Positions 17,877 through 26,920 are shown, counted from the stretch's first letter. The stretch is DNA of 40,205 bases from an uncultured Gammaproteobacteria bacterium (GCA_964640515.1 CAZXFG010000002.1:1-40205); one strand, 5' to 3'. The notes: a model not told the origin generated them from the sequence alone. Made by a program: numbers and translations.

Positions 17877-19190
17877 CTACCTCACATAACCCAGCGGGTT
17901 CACCAGAGTATTATTGACACGAATTTCAAAATGCAAGTGGATACCCGTGACCCCGCGCACATTGCCGGTTTTGCCCATTAAGGCAATGGACTGGCCAATC
18001 CCCACATAATCACCCACGGAAACGAGCAGGCGTGAATTATGGCCATAGACCGTTTTATAACCATCGCCATGATTCAAAATAATATAACAGCCATAACCGC
18101 CGTTCCATCCGCATTGCGATACTTCCACTGTTCCGGCCCTGGCCGCATAAATAGCCGACGCCATGGGGCCGGCGATATCAATGGCATGGTGTTGCCAATT
18201 ATAATATTGGGTTACGGTGCGGGCGGAGGAAGGCCAAACAAAACCATAGGCCCCGACCGCTTGACGCGAACTGGCCGGAGCGGCAATAGAGCCGACAGTC
18301 GGGCGGACCACGGGAGGCACATAGACATTGGGCTTAGCCCCGCCCGGGATCATAATTTCCTCGCCTATAATCAAATCCGTCCCGTCCTCTTTCAACTTAT
18401 TGAATTTGACGATCTCGTCTGCCTTGGCGCCATACAAAATCGCGATTTTGTTCAGAGTATCTCCTTTTTTAATTTTATGCGTGATACCGGAAGTGGGAGG
18501 AATCTTGAGTTTATTGCCCGGCCTGATTACGCTTTGCAAGCTCAAATTGTTAGCCCACAAAACAGTGGCCACGGAAATATCAAACTGATAAGCGATAGTG
18601 CTTAAAGAATCCCCCGGTTCCACTATATATTCCACGGTTTTATTTCGCACCCCGCTAATCACCGCGCCGGGCATGATATATGGTTTATTGATTGCCAAAC
18701 CACCGGGAGCTATAGCCGCTAAATCCTGCCCGGCCGAGTAGAGTTGGCGTTGGGGAACAGCGTAAATATCCGTGCTGACCACTCCTTCTTTCCAAGAGGG
18801 AGCTACCTGTTCTGAAACCGGCGGTTCGGCTACCACTTCCTCCAATGCGTAATCTTCAGAAGGAACAGATAGCGCGTAAGCAAGAGTATTCCGGCCGACC
18901 GTGTAAGAATCCTGTCTTTTGGATAATACGGTCTGGGGCAAAGCCACTAAAAAAAGGGCTAGAAAAATGACCACTTGCAGATTACGGCGTTGTAAAATCC
19001 AATTATCAGGCCTCGTCAATCCGTGCCTTTTCAAAAAATAATTCAACTTATAATTGATAAAAGCTCCAAAACGCCAAAAAGGGCTGGCCAATCCGCCCAA
19101 GACAAAAAATAGGCCCCGGCCGACCCACCAAAAAAAACGCTTTCCATACATCAAAACCCGCAGAAATTTTAACAGCAAGTTATATTTCAT
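17877..19190 (-). CDS. LysM-domain M23 family metallopeptidase
   Basis: N-terminal TM. Two LysM units (YIVEPGDSLSTIAYQF..., HKIKKGDTLNKIAILYG...). M23 core (HHAIDIAG...GYKTVYGHNSRLLV...GIHLHFEI). Confidence 0.9.
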   Translation of the reverse strand: MKYNLLLKFLRVLMYGKRFFWWVGRGLFFVLGGLASPFWRFGAFINYKLNYFLKRHGLTRPDNWILQRRNLQVVIFLALFLVALPQTVLSKRQDSYTVGRNTLAYALSVPSEDYALEEVVAEPPVSEQVAPSWKEGVVSTDIYAVPQRQLYSAGQDLAAIAPGGLAINKPYIMPGAVISGVRNKTVEYIVEPGDSLSTIAYQFDISVATVLWANNLSLQSVIRPGNKLKIPPTSGITHKIKKGDTLNKIAILYGAKADEIVKFNKLKEDGTDLIIGEEIMIPGGAKPNVYVPPVVRPTVGSIAAPASSRQAVGAYGFVWPSSARTVTQYYNWQHHAIDIAGPMASAIYAARAGTVEVSQCGWNGGYGCYIILNHGDGYKTVYGHNSRLLVSVGDYVGIGQSIALMGKTGNVRGVTGIHLHFEIRVNNTLVNPLGYVR

Positions 19191-19272
19191 AGCTTGACTT
19201 CCGGTCTATCTTACCATAAAATAGGAGCAAAAATCAACCTACCTTTAATTTATTCTTAATTCGTCCAATTCT

Positions 19273-21261
19273 ATGACGACAGTCCTTTGGGGAGCCATTT
19301 TACCGGCCCTACTGGCCGTAATCTATGGTATCATCTTAATTCGCTGGATTAACAAGCAACCGGCTGGCGATGAACGCATGCAGGCCATTGCCCGCGCCAT
19401 TCAAGACGGGGCTAAGGCCTATTTATTACGCCAATACAAAACGATTGCCGTGGTAGCAATTGTGGTTTTTTTCTTAATCGGTTGGTTTATTGATTGGGTG
19501 ACGGCTTTTGGCTTCTTGACTGGCGCTATTTTCTCCGGTCTAGCCGGCGCCATTGGCATGACAATATCTGTCCGCTCTAATGTGCGCACTGCTGAAGCGG
19601 CTAAAAAGGGTTTTAAGGAAGCTCTAAATGTGGCGGTCCGGGGCGGTTCTATTACCGGAATGCTGGTGGCTGGTCTGGGTCTTTTGAGTGTGGCCGGTTT
19701 TTACTATATTACTCATGATATCTCCGCTCTGATCGGCCTGGGTTTTGGCGGAAGTTTGATTTCAGTCTTTGCTCGCATTGGCGGCGGTATTTTTACCAAG
19801 GCCGCTGATGTGGGCGCTGATCTGGTGGGCAAAGTAGAAAAAGGCATTCCTGAAGATGACCCGCGCAACCCGGCGGTTATTGCCGACAATGTGGGAGATA
19901 ATGTGGGGGACTGCGCCGGCATGGCCGCTGACTTGTTTGAGACCTACGCTATTACCGCTCTGGCCGCCATGATATTAGGTTCACTGCTAATTCCGGGCAA
20001 TGAAAAAGTTTTGGTTTATCCTTTGCTCTTGGGCGGCATTTCTATTATCGCTTCCATTCTAGGCATTTTCTTCATCCGTTTGGGGAAAACTAAAAATGTC
20101 ATGAACGCGCTATATAAAGGATTGGCGGCCGCCGGCTTCCTGGCCCTCATTGGATTTTATCCGGCCACCCGCTGGCTGATTAGCGGGTTAGACGGTTACA
20201 GCGTGAACAAAATATATCTGACCGCGGTGATTGGCTTGATTTTAACGGCGGCCATGGTTTGGATTACAGAGTATTACACCTCGCAAAAATATAAACCGGT
20301 AAAAGATATTGCCAAGGCCTCCACTACCGGTCATGGCACTAATATCATCACCGGATTAGCCGTCTCCATGAAATCCACGGCTTTGCCGGTACTCTGCATT
20401 ATGGCCGCTATCTTAGCTTGTTATTGGCTGGCTGGTTTGTATGGCATCGCTATCGCGGCCGTGAGCATGCTCTCTCTGACCGGAATTATCGTGACTATTG
20501 ATGCTTATGGTCCAATCACTGATAATGCCGGCGGTATCGCGGAAATGGCAAACTTGCCAAAAGAAGTGCGCGATATTACCGACCCTCTGGATTCTGTGGG
20601 CAATACCACTAAAGCTGTCACTAAAGGTTACGCGATCGCTTCGGCGGCTTTAGCGTCATTGGTCTTGTTTGCTGATTTCACCCACAAACTCCCTGATACC
20701 GTAAAATTTTTGTTAAATGACCCCAAAGTACTGGTTGGATTATTTATCGGCGGTCTTTTGCCTTATCTATTCGGCTCCATGCTGATGGAATCCGTGGGTA
20801 AAGTGGCCGGAAGCGTGGTAGAAGAAGTGCGCCGACAATTTAAAGAAATTTCCGGTATTATGGAAGGCGCCAATAAACCGGATTATGGCAAGGCAGTGGA
20901 TATTGTAACCAAGGGCGCTATCGGACAGATGATTGTCCCCTCTATGCTCCCAATCTTCGCTCCAATTCTTGTGGGCTGGTTATTAGGCGTGGAAGCTTTA
21001 GGTGGAATGTTGCTCGGCACCATCATCACCGGCATTTTCGTGGCTATTTCCATGACTACCGGCGGCGGGGCTTGGGATAATGCTAAAAAATATATTGAAG
21101 AAGGAAATTACGGCGGCAAAGGTTCCTTTGCCCACCAAGCCGCAATTACCGGAGACACAGTCGGCGACCCATACAAGGACACGGCCGGCCCGGCCATCAA
21201 CCCGATGATTAAAGTGGCGAATATCGTTGCCTTGTTGATTGTGGGATTGTTGATAAAGTAA
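19273..21261 (+). CDS. hppA: Membrane-bound ion-translocating pyrophosphatase
   Basis: 662 aa, polytopic, with signature [43 protein letters not shown] and C-terminal [17 protein letters not shown]. Confidence 0.95.
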   Translation: MTTVLWGAILPALLAVIYGIILIRWINKQPAGDERMQAIARAIQDGAKAYLLRQYKTIAVVAIVVFFLIGWFIDWVTAFGFLTGAIFSGLAGAIGMTISVRSNVRTAEAAKKGFKEALNVAVRGGSITGMLVAGLGLLSVAGFYYITHDISALIGLGFGGSLISVFARIGGGIFTKAADVGADLVGKVEKGIPEDDPRNPAVIADNVGDNVGDCAGMAADLFETYAITALAAMILGSLLIPGNEKVLVYPLLLGGISIIASILGIFFIRLGKTKNVMNALYKGLAAAGFLALIGFYPATRWLISGLDGYSVNKIYLTAVIGLILTAAMVWITEYYTSQKYKPVKDIAKASTTGHGTNIITGLAVSMKSTALPVLCIMAAILACYWLAGLYGIAIAAVSMLSLTGIIVTIDAYGPITDNAGGIAEMANLPKEVRDITDPLDSVGNTTKAVTKGYAIASAALASLVLFADFTHKLPDTVKFLLNDPKVLVGLFIGGLLPYLFGSMLMESVGKVAGSVVEEVRRQFKEISGIMEGANKPDYGKAVDIVTKGAIGQMIVPSMLPIFAPILVGWLLGVEALGGMLLGTIITGIFVAISMTTGGGAWDNAKKYIEEGNYGGKGSFAHQAAITGDTVGDPYKDTAGPAINPMIKVANIVALLIVGLLIK

Positions 21262-21273
21262 AAAATATTTTTT

Positions 21274-21304
21274 AAAGACTCCGGTGTACGCCGGAGTCTT
21301 TTTG
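21274..21304 (+). terminator. Rho-independent terminator after hppA
   Basis: AAAGACTCCGG-tgtacg-CCGGAGTCTTT followed by a T-run. Confidence 0.75.
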
Positions 21305-21308
21305 TTGC

Positions 21309-21367
21309 TTGACAACTATTTTTTTCATGATATACTTGTATTACAAACATAATATATTGTATTACAA
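21309..21367 (+). promoter_or_regulatory. TA-operon promoter with two palindromic operator copies
   Basis: TTGACA (21309-21314), a 16-nt spacer, then TATACT (21331-21336). The palindrome TTGTATTACAA occurs twice (21336-21346 and 21357-21367), 21 bp centre to centre. Confidence 0.55.
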
Positions 21368-21372
21368 ATCAT

Positions 21373-21588
21373 ATGCGTCAAATTTTGAATATTTCTCTAC
21401 CCGCCCAAATGGCCACCTTAGTAAAACAAGAACTAAAGAATGGCGAGTACGCTAGCACTAGCGAGTTTTTCCGCTGTCTACTCCGAGGATGGATGGAAGA
21501 ACGGGCATTGATAGAACTTAATAAAGGCCGTAAGGAAATAATATTAGGCCGAGCTAAGAAACTTCGTTCTCTCAAAGATTTGCGGTAA
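21373..21588 (+). CDS. Type II antitoxin, ribbon-helix-helix (ParD/CopG-like)
   Basis: 71 aa. N-terminal beta strand (ILNISLPAQMATLV) plus ...YASTSEFFRCLLRGW fits the RHH/ParD pattern. It lies 18 nt upstream of the toxin gene. Confidence 0.7.
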   Translation: MRQILNISLPAQMATLVKQELKNGEYASTSEFFRCLLRGWMEERALIELNKGRKEIILGRAKKLRSLKDLR

Positions 21589-21606
21589 AATATCTTTAAG
21601 GAGGGT

Positions 21607-21864
21607 ATGGATATTTTTTATACAACCAAATTTTCCAGAGAATATAAAAAGCTACCAGAACAGATTAAAAATATAGCCGAAAAACAAGAACAGATTTTTC
21701 GGCAAAACCCTTTTTCTCCTGTTCTGAAGACGCATAAATTGGGAGGTAAATTAAAAAAGTTCTGGTCTTTCTCTATAGGATATAAGTACAGAATAATATT
21801 TGAATTCGGTAAGAATGAAACTGTAAATTTTTTATTAATTGGCACACACGAAATATACCAATAA
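21607..21864 (+). CDS. Type II toxin, RelE/ParE superfamily
   Basis: 85 aa. F.REYKKLP...HKLGGKLKKFWSFSIGYKYRIIFEF..ETVNFLLIGTHEIY is a typical RelE/ParE-fold pattern. Confidence 0.75.
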   Translation: MDIFYTTKFSREYKKLPEQIKNIAEKQEQIFRQNPFSPVLKTHKLGGKLKKFWSFSIGYKYRIIFEFGKNETVNFLLIGTHEIYQ

Positions 21865-22017
21865 AATTATGTGCTATAGCAAAGAAGTACAACTTACCAC
21901 TTCCATCTTGGCTCTGTTGGCCTCGTTTCTTATCCTCATTTTTTTAATTTCCTCGCTTCCTTTCTTCCAGTGTCTAACCTGGAAATTTATTTGGCCTTAA
22001 TTTTTACCGGGCCATAG

Positions 22018-22046
22018 TTGACATTTCTCTCAATTTAAAGTAAAAT
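22018..22046 (+). promoter_or_regulatory. Sigma70-like promoter for tig
   Basis: TTGACA (22018-22023), a 17-nt spacer, then TAAAAT (22041-22046). This places repeat copy A inside the tig 5' UTR. Confidence 0.55.
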
Positions 22047-22067
22047 CACCCTTGTTTTATCCATACC

Positions 22068-22187
22068 TAGGATATGTAGATTTGGTAATTTTCTCGCTTT
22101 CCTCGGCCGCCAAGGCCCCCGCCTAGGCGGGTGAAAAGCCTGTGGGCTGCATAACCCGCTCAAAAAATACCAAATCTACATATCCTA
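22068..22187 (+). repeat. Core-in-arms structured element, copy A (tig leader)
   Basis: Perfect 20-bp inverted arms TAGGATATGTAGATTTGGTA (22068-22087) and TACCAAATCTACATATCCTA (22168-22187). They enclose CTCGCTTTCCTCG..GGCC-gccaa-GGCC..CCCGCCTAGGCGGG..GCATAACCCGCTC. Confidence 0.85.
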
Positions 22188-22200
22188 AATTTAATATTTT

Positions 22201-23511
22201 ATGCAATACGAAGCCAAAAAATTGGAAAAAGCCCAAATAGAGCTAAAAGTAACTGTTTTGCCGGCTGATTACGAAAAAAACCTGCAAAACGCGGCCCAGA
22301 GACTGTCCGAAAGAGCGGCCATCAAAGGCTTTCGCCCGGGAAAAGCCCCCTATAATATTGTTAAGGAACAATTGGGTGAGCTGAAAATCATGGAAGAAGC
22401 TCTGGAATCCATCGTCCAGGGCAGTTTTTACGAGGCCGTACAAAAAGAAAAGCTGGAAACCATAGGCATGCCCCAGATTACCATTGAAAAAATGGCTCCG
22501 GGCAATGAATTGGCATACAAAGCCGTAGTCGCTCTGTTGCCACAAGTCAAACTTCCGGATCTGACCACTATCAAAGTAGAATATAAGGAAGTAAAAGTGG
22601 AAAAAGCCCAAGCTGACGAGGTTTTGGAAAATTTGAAAAAAATGCAACGCCGAGAAAGTTTAAAAGCTGAAGGCGCCACCAAAGATGACAAAATAGTGAT
22701 TGATATGGATATGTTTGTGGACAAAGTGCCGATGGAAGGCGGACAGGCCAAAGACCATCAGGTATATATGAGTGAGGACCACTATATTCCCGGCCTTACC
22801 GAACAATTATTGGGCTTGAAAAAAGATGATGCTAAAGATTTTACCCTTAAATTTCCCAAAGAACATTACCAAAAACATTTTGCCGGCAAAGATGTGGATT
22901 TTAAAATTAAAGTGAAGGATGTTTTTGCTTTGAGCTATCCGGAATTGGACGAGACTTTTGCCAAGAGTCTTGGTCAGGAAAGTATGGAGAAATTACATGA
23001 GCTTTTACAACACAATTTATTACATGAGGCCGAACACAAAGAAGAACAACGAGTGGAAATCGCCATTTTGGAACAAATGGTGGAGAAAAGCACTTTTGAC
23101 GAAATACCGGAAGTGCTGGTCAATTCGGAAAAAAGAAAAATGTTTTATGAATTAAAACATAATTTGGATCAACACGGCGTAAGCATGGAACAATATTTGA
23201 AAGATTTGAAAAAAACCGAAGACCAAATCTTCGCTGACTTCACCGAACAGGCGACTAAACGCGCCAAATCCGCTCTTATCTCCCGCCAAGTGGCTCTGGA
23301 AAATAAAATTACGGTAGAACCGACGGAAATAGACGCGGAAATAAAAATGATTAGAGAATCCTACCCTGAAAATCAGACCGTGGAAGAAAATCTGAAAAAA
23401 CCGGAGGTGCTGGAAACTCTCGCCTCTACCATCCAAAACCGAAAGGTGATACAATTTTTGAAAGAAAAACTCGGTGTCAAAACGCACAAGTGTGAACATG
23501 GCCACAAGTAA
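22201..23511 (+). CDS. tig: Trigger factor
   Basis: 436 aa. The N-terminal ribosome-binding signature GFRPGKAP is present in ...IKGFRPGKAPYNIV. Overall architecture fits trigger factor. Confidence 0.9.
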   Translation: MQYEAKKLEKAQIELKVTVLPADYEKNLQNAAQRLSERAAIKGFRPGKAPYNIVKEQLGELKIMEEALESIVQGSFYEAVQKEKLETIGMPQITIEKMAPGNELAYKAVVALLPQVKLPDLTTIKVEYKEVKVEKAQADEVLENLKKMQRRESLKAEGATKDDKIVIDMDMFVDKVPMEGGQAKDHQVYMSEDHYIPGLTEQLLGLKKDDAKDFTLKFPKEHYQKHFAGKDVDFKIKVKDVFALSYPELDETFAKSLGQESMEKLHELLQHNLLHEAEHKEEQRVEIAILEQMVEKSTFDEIPEVLVNSEKRKMFYELKHNLDQHGVSMEQYLKDLKKTEDQIFADFTEQATKRAKSALISRQVALENKITVEPTEIDAEIKMIRESYPENQTVEENLKKPEVLETLASTIQNRKVIQFLKEKLGVKTHKCEHGHK

Positions 23512-23532
23512 ACCACCCGGGAGGAACAGGTC

Positions 23533-23865
23533 ATGGGCAACAATAACACCCGACTCGTCATCCCACCGGAACTGAAATCCCGTCCGGAGGCGCTAGCGCT
23601 ATATGTGGCGCAAAATGTGGCCGAGCTGATGCTGGCCACGGTCCAAAAGATGTCATCGGAATGGCAGAGAGAAAGACTGTATTATCATCTGGAGGTCATC
23701 AAATTGAGGGGCGAGGATCGTAAAGCCGAAGCGCAGGTAATAGACGATTCTCGCAGGACCTTTGACCACTTCGTGGAGGCTGTGGACAAAATCATGGAAG
23801 CGCTCCTTCGTCAAAGGGACGCGATTGTGGCGGACACCTCCGCGGACACCCCCAAAGGAGAATGA
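23533..23865 (+). CDS. Hypothetical protein (GC-rich orphan)
   Basis: 110-aa ORF with GGAGG 7 nt upstream of the ATG. Helical, charged sequence with no recognisable family. Confidence 0.55.
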   Translation: MGNNNTRLVIPPELKSRPEALALYVAQNVAELMLATVQKMSSEWQRERLYYHLEVIKLRGEDRKAEAQVIDDSRRTFDHFVEAVDKIMEALLRQRDAIVADTSADTPKGE

Positions 23866-23920
23866 AACCAGCATGACGATGGTGAGGGGCTCGTCGTCAT
23901 GCCCTCACCAAAAAACAAAA

Positions 23921-23946
23921 AACCGGCCATTCTGGCTGGTTTTTTT
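23921..23946 (+). terminator. Rho-independent terminator
   Basis: AACCGGCCA-ttc-TGGCTGGTT (one G.U pair) followed by TTTTTT. Confidence 0.7.
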
Positions 23947-24018
23947 GTACTTATCCACCAATCTGCTTGACAAAACATTATATATAGTGCATAATTCATA
24001 GTGAACTATGAACTATGT

Positions 24019-24996
24019 ATGGAAAACAACACAAAAAGTACAATCTTGGCTTATATTAAAGAAAAGGGGGCAGTGGCCCCTAAAGATTTGAAATCAATCA
24101 CTAACATTGGCCCTCGGGCTATTTTTAAACAGCTAAAAAATCTAATAAACAAAGGCATTTTGGCCAAAACCGGCCAACCGCCTAAAGTTTACTACCGACT
24201 AGCCGAGTCAGACATTCCGTCTCCCAGCCCGGCTATTCCACTGCAAAACACTGACATCTTGGAGCAAAACTATCTAATTATCACCCCCCAAGGACAGGCC
24301 AAAACCGGAGTGGATGGTTTTTTGTATTGGTGCAAAAAAAACCAGCTGGATCCGAACAAGGCCTTTGAGGATTACAAAAACACTCTGGCCAAATATAATC
24401 GATTCAAAAAAGACGGACTGATCGACGGTCTGCCTAAATTTAAACAAACTTTTCCCACGGTGTATTTGGATGAAATATATTACCTGGATTTTTACAGTTT
24501 GGAGCGTTTTGGCAAAACTAAATTGGGTTGGTTGCTGTTGTACGCCAAACAAACGCAGAATCTGGAACTGATGAAACAAATTTATGAGCTTATCAAAGAA
24601 CCAATACAAAAAATTATCTCCGCAAAAAAAATAAAAGCCGTGGGATTTATTCCGCCGACTATCGCCCGACAGCTGCAATTGCAAAAAGAATTGGAGAAAA
24701 TGTTGAACTTGGGACTGCCTAAAATAAATCTGATTAAAATAGCGAACCAAATCGCCGTGCCGCAAAAAAGTTTGAATAAATTGGAAGACCGGATAGAAAA
24801 TGCCTCTCACACCATTATGATTGACGATAAAAATATCTATGATAATATTCTCCTCATAGATGACGCGGTGGGATCAGGCGCGACTCTGAATGAAACGGCC
24901 CGGCAAATAAAAAATAAAAAACTTTGCTCGGGAAAAATTATCGGTTTGGCGCTCACCGGGAGTTTTAAAGGTTTTGATATCATTAACGAAGTATAA
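24019..24996 (+). CDS. Winged-helix + phosphoribosyltransferase-domain protein (PurR-like architecture)
   Basis: N-terminal wHTH (ILAYIKEKGAVAPKDLKSITNIGPRAIFKQLKNLINKGIL). C-terminal PRPP-binding loop ILLIDDAVGSGATLNE. The track begins at GTG 24001; the in-frame ATG at 24019 is preferred. Confidence 0.7.
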   Translation: MENNTKSTILAYIKEKGAVAPKDLKSITNIGPRAIFKQLKNLINKGILAKTGQPPKVYYRLAESDIPSPSPAIPLQNTDILEQNYLIITPQGQAKTGVDGFLYWCKKNQLDPNKAFEDYKNTLAKYNRFKKDGLIDGLPKFKQTFPTVYLDEIYYLDFYSLERFGKTKLGWLLLYAKQTQNLELMKQIYELIKEPIQKIISAKKIKAVGFIPPTIARQLQLQKELEKMLNLGLPKINLIKIANQIAVPQKSLNKLEDRIENASHTIMIDDKNIYDNILLIDDAVGSGATLNETARQIKNKKLCSGKIIGLALTGSFKGFDIINEV

Positions 24997-24997
24997 T

Positions 24998-25831
24998 ATG
25001 CTTTTCGGCGCTCATGTTTCCACTGCCGGCGGCCTCCAGAACGCCCCGCTCAATGCCGGTGAAATAGGTTGTGAAGTCTTCCAAATGTTCACCCGTTCTC
25101 CGCAGGGCGGTTTTGTCGCTCCGCTGGATGAAAAAACGGTGAGAGAATTTAAAAATGCTTGTGAGGAAGCCGGACAAAAAGAATGGTATGTCCACGCGCC
25201 GTATTTTATTAATTTCGCCTCGGGAAACAACCGGATTAAACACGGATCAATCTCTACCATCCGCCAAGAATTGGAACGCAGCAGTCTGCTTGGGGCAAAA
25301 TATTTAATGGCGCATTTGGGCAGTTATAAAGACCTGGGGCAATCCTTGGGGCTGGCCCAAGTGGCGGAAGCGTTGGACGAAACACTGAAAGGATACAAGG
25401 GTGAGACGCAATTTTTGATTGAAATTTCAGCCGGCGCTGGAGAAATTATCGGCGATACTTTTGAAGAAATCGCCGAAATAATTCACCACAAAAAACTAAA
25501 AAAGCATGATATCGGAGTATGCTATGACACTCAACACGGCTTTGCCTCGGGTTATGACATCCGCACCATAGAAGCCGTGGAAACGATGCTCAAAAAATTT
25601 GATAAAATAATCGGCTTGGATAAATTGAAACTTTCCCATTGCAACGATTCGCTAACCGAGTTTGGTTCACATAAAGATCGCCACGCGCATATTGGCGAAG
25701 GCAAAATCGGACTGGCGGGATTTGAGGCGCTGTTGAAAAATAAAAAATTAAAAAATATTAATTTCGTTTTGGAGACCGAACATAACGCGGTAAAAAAAGA
25801 TTTAAAAATTTTAAAAACCATAAGAGGATAA
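24998..25831 (+). CDS. nfo: Endonuclease IV (deoxyribonuclease IV)
   Basis: MLFGAHVSTAGGL...YVHAPYFINFAS...MAHLGSY...HCNDS...GSHKDRHAHIGEGKIG match Nfo metal-binding motifs. The ATG at 24998 lies 1 nt after the upstream stop. Confidence 0.9.
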   Translation: MLFGAHVSTAGGLQNAPLNAGEIGCEVFQMFTRSPQGGFVAPLDEKTVREFKNACEEAGQKEWYVHAPYFINFASGNNRIKHGSISTIRQELERSSLLGAKYLMAHLGSYKDLGQSLGLAQVAEALDETLKGYKGETQFLIEISAGAGEIIGDTFEEIAEIIHHKKLKKHDIGVCYDTQHGFASGYDIRTIEAVETMLKKFDKIIGLDKLKLSHCNDSLTEFGSHKDRHAHIGEGKIGLAGFEALLKNKKLKNINFVLETEHNAVKKDLKILKTIRG

Positions 25832-25834
25832 ATT

Positions 25835-26605
25835 ATGTCTGATTTAAACCGAGCCATTAAAATCGTCCGCGGAGCGAACAAGATATTGAGTAAAAAATTC
25901 CAAACTCTGGGTCTGGATGCCGTGCGCATGAAAAAAAATCAAGAAATTGTGACGGACGCGGACATGACTACGAATAAATTTATCACCGCCAAACTGCTAA
26001 AATATTTTCCCAATGACGATATAGTGAGCGAAGAAGCTAAAAAGATAGATAACCCGGGCAAAAATACCTGGTTTGTAGATCCATTGGACGGCACCACCAA
26101 TTTCTCTTACGGACTGCGCGATTTCGCCACTTGCCTGGCTCGCGTCACCCCCAAACGCATTCAATTGGGTGTAGTCGGGCTACCTTTAGCTAAAGAAATT
26201 TATTGGGCCGAAGCCGGCGGAGAAGCTTTTCTCAACGGAGAAAAAATAACTGTCTCGCGCACCAACAATCATGGCGCTAAATCCATGGTATTACTCTGTG
26301 GCGGACATTCTCCCGTGGAACAAAAAAAGTTTTTACAAATCATCCAACGACTGGACCCGGAACAAGTGCGTCTGCGTATTTTATCTTCAGCCGGTATTGA
26401 AACATCAGCGGTGGCCTGCGGCCGAGCTGATGGATATATTACCACCGGCATCAAACCGTGGGATGTGCTGGCCGGCGTAATTATCATCCGCGCGGCCGGA
26501 GGCAGGGTGACCAATTTCACCGGAGACGATTGGACTTTAAAAGACTCAACTTTCGTAGCCAGCAACGGCATCATCCATGATAAATTACTAGCTTTGGTAA
26601 GATAG
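25835..26605 (+). CDS. suhB: Inositol monophosphatase family protein
   Basis: Contains IVSEE and WFVDPLDGTTNF, the IMPase signatures, plus C-terminal WDVLAG. Confidence 0.85.
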   Translation: MSDLNRAIKIVRGANKILSKKFQTLGLDAVRMKKNQEIVTDADMTTNKFITAKLLKYFPNDDIVSEEAKKIDNPGKNTWFVDPLDGTTNFSYGLRDFATCLARVTPKRIQLGVVGLPLAKEIYWAEAGGEAFLNGEKITVSRTNNHGAKSMVLLCGGHSPVEQKKFLQIIQRLDPEQVRLRILSSAGIETSAVACGRADGYITTGIKPWDVLAGVIIIRAAGGRVTNFTGDDWTLKDSTFVASNGIIHDKLLALVR

Positions 26606-26614
26606 CTTTTTACC

Positions 26615-26657
26615 GAGGGATTGCTTCGTCCCCGCCTAGGCGGGTCCTCGCAATGAC
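26615..26657. repeat. Partial GTCATTGCGAG-type element with CCCGCCTAGGCGGG module
   Basis: GAGGGATTGC...CCCGCCTAGGCGGG (26631-26644)...CTCGCAATGAC (26647-26657). It shares AGGGATTGC and the terminal repeat with the polA insert, and shares the 14-bp palindrome with copy A (22118-22131). Confidence 0.7.
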
Positions 26658-26666
26658 ATTTGAAAT

Positions 26667-26894
26667 ATGACAAAACTAAACATCAAAGTCTTACCGCGCT
26701 CATCCAAAAATGAAGTCGTAGGCCAAATGGCCGATGGTATATTGAAAGTAAAACTGACTGCTCCGCCGGTAGACGGGGCGGCTAACGAAGCGCTAATAGA
26801 ACTACTTGCTGAATATTTTGACACTTCAAAAAGTAAAATAAAAATAGTCAGGGGTCTGACTAATAAAAATAAAACAGTAGAGATAACAAACTAG
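26667..26894 (+). CDS. DUF167 (YggU-like) family protein
   Basis: 75 aa. L.VKVTAPPVDGKAN-type motif (LKVKLTAPPVDGAANEALIELLAEYF). Confidence 0.8.
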   Translation: MTKLNIKVLPRSSKNEVVGQMADGILKVKLTAPPVDGAANEALIELLAEYFDTSKSKIKIVRGLTNKNKTVEITN

Positions 26895-26914
26895 ATTCCC
26901 GCTTTCGCGGGAAT
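26895..26914. terminator. Hairpin between convergent genes (GTCATTCCCGC-type repeat unit)
   Basis: ATTCCCGC-tttc-GCGGGAAT followed by GAC. It lies between the stop of the DUF167 gene and the stop of yidD. Confidence 0.5.
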
Positions 26915-26920
26915 GACAGA

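Noticed and set aside
17692-17889. 65-aa plus-strand ORF
   Set aside because: It overlaps tRNA-Cys (17747-17819, minus strand) and the end of the M23 peptidase gene. No start context is visible.
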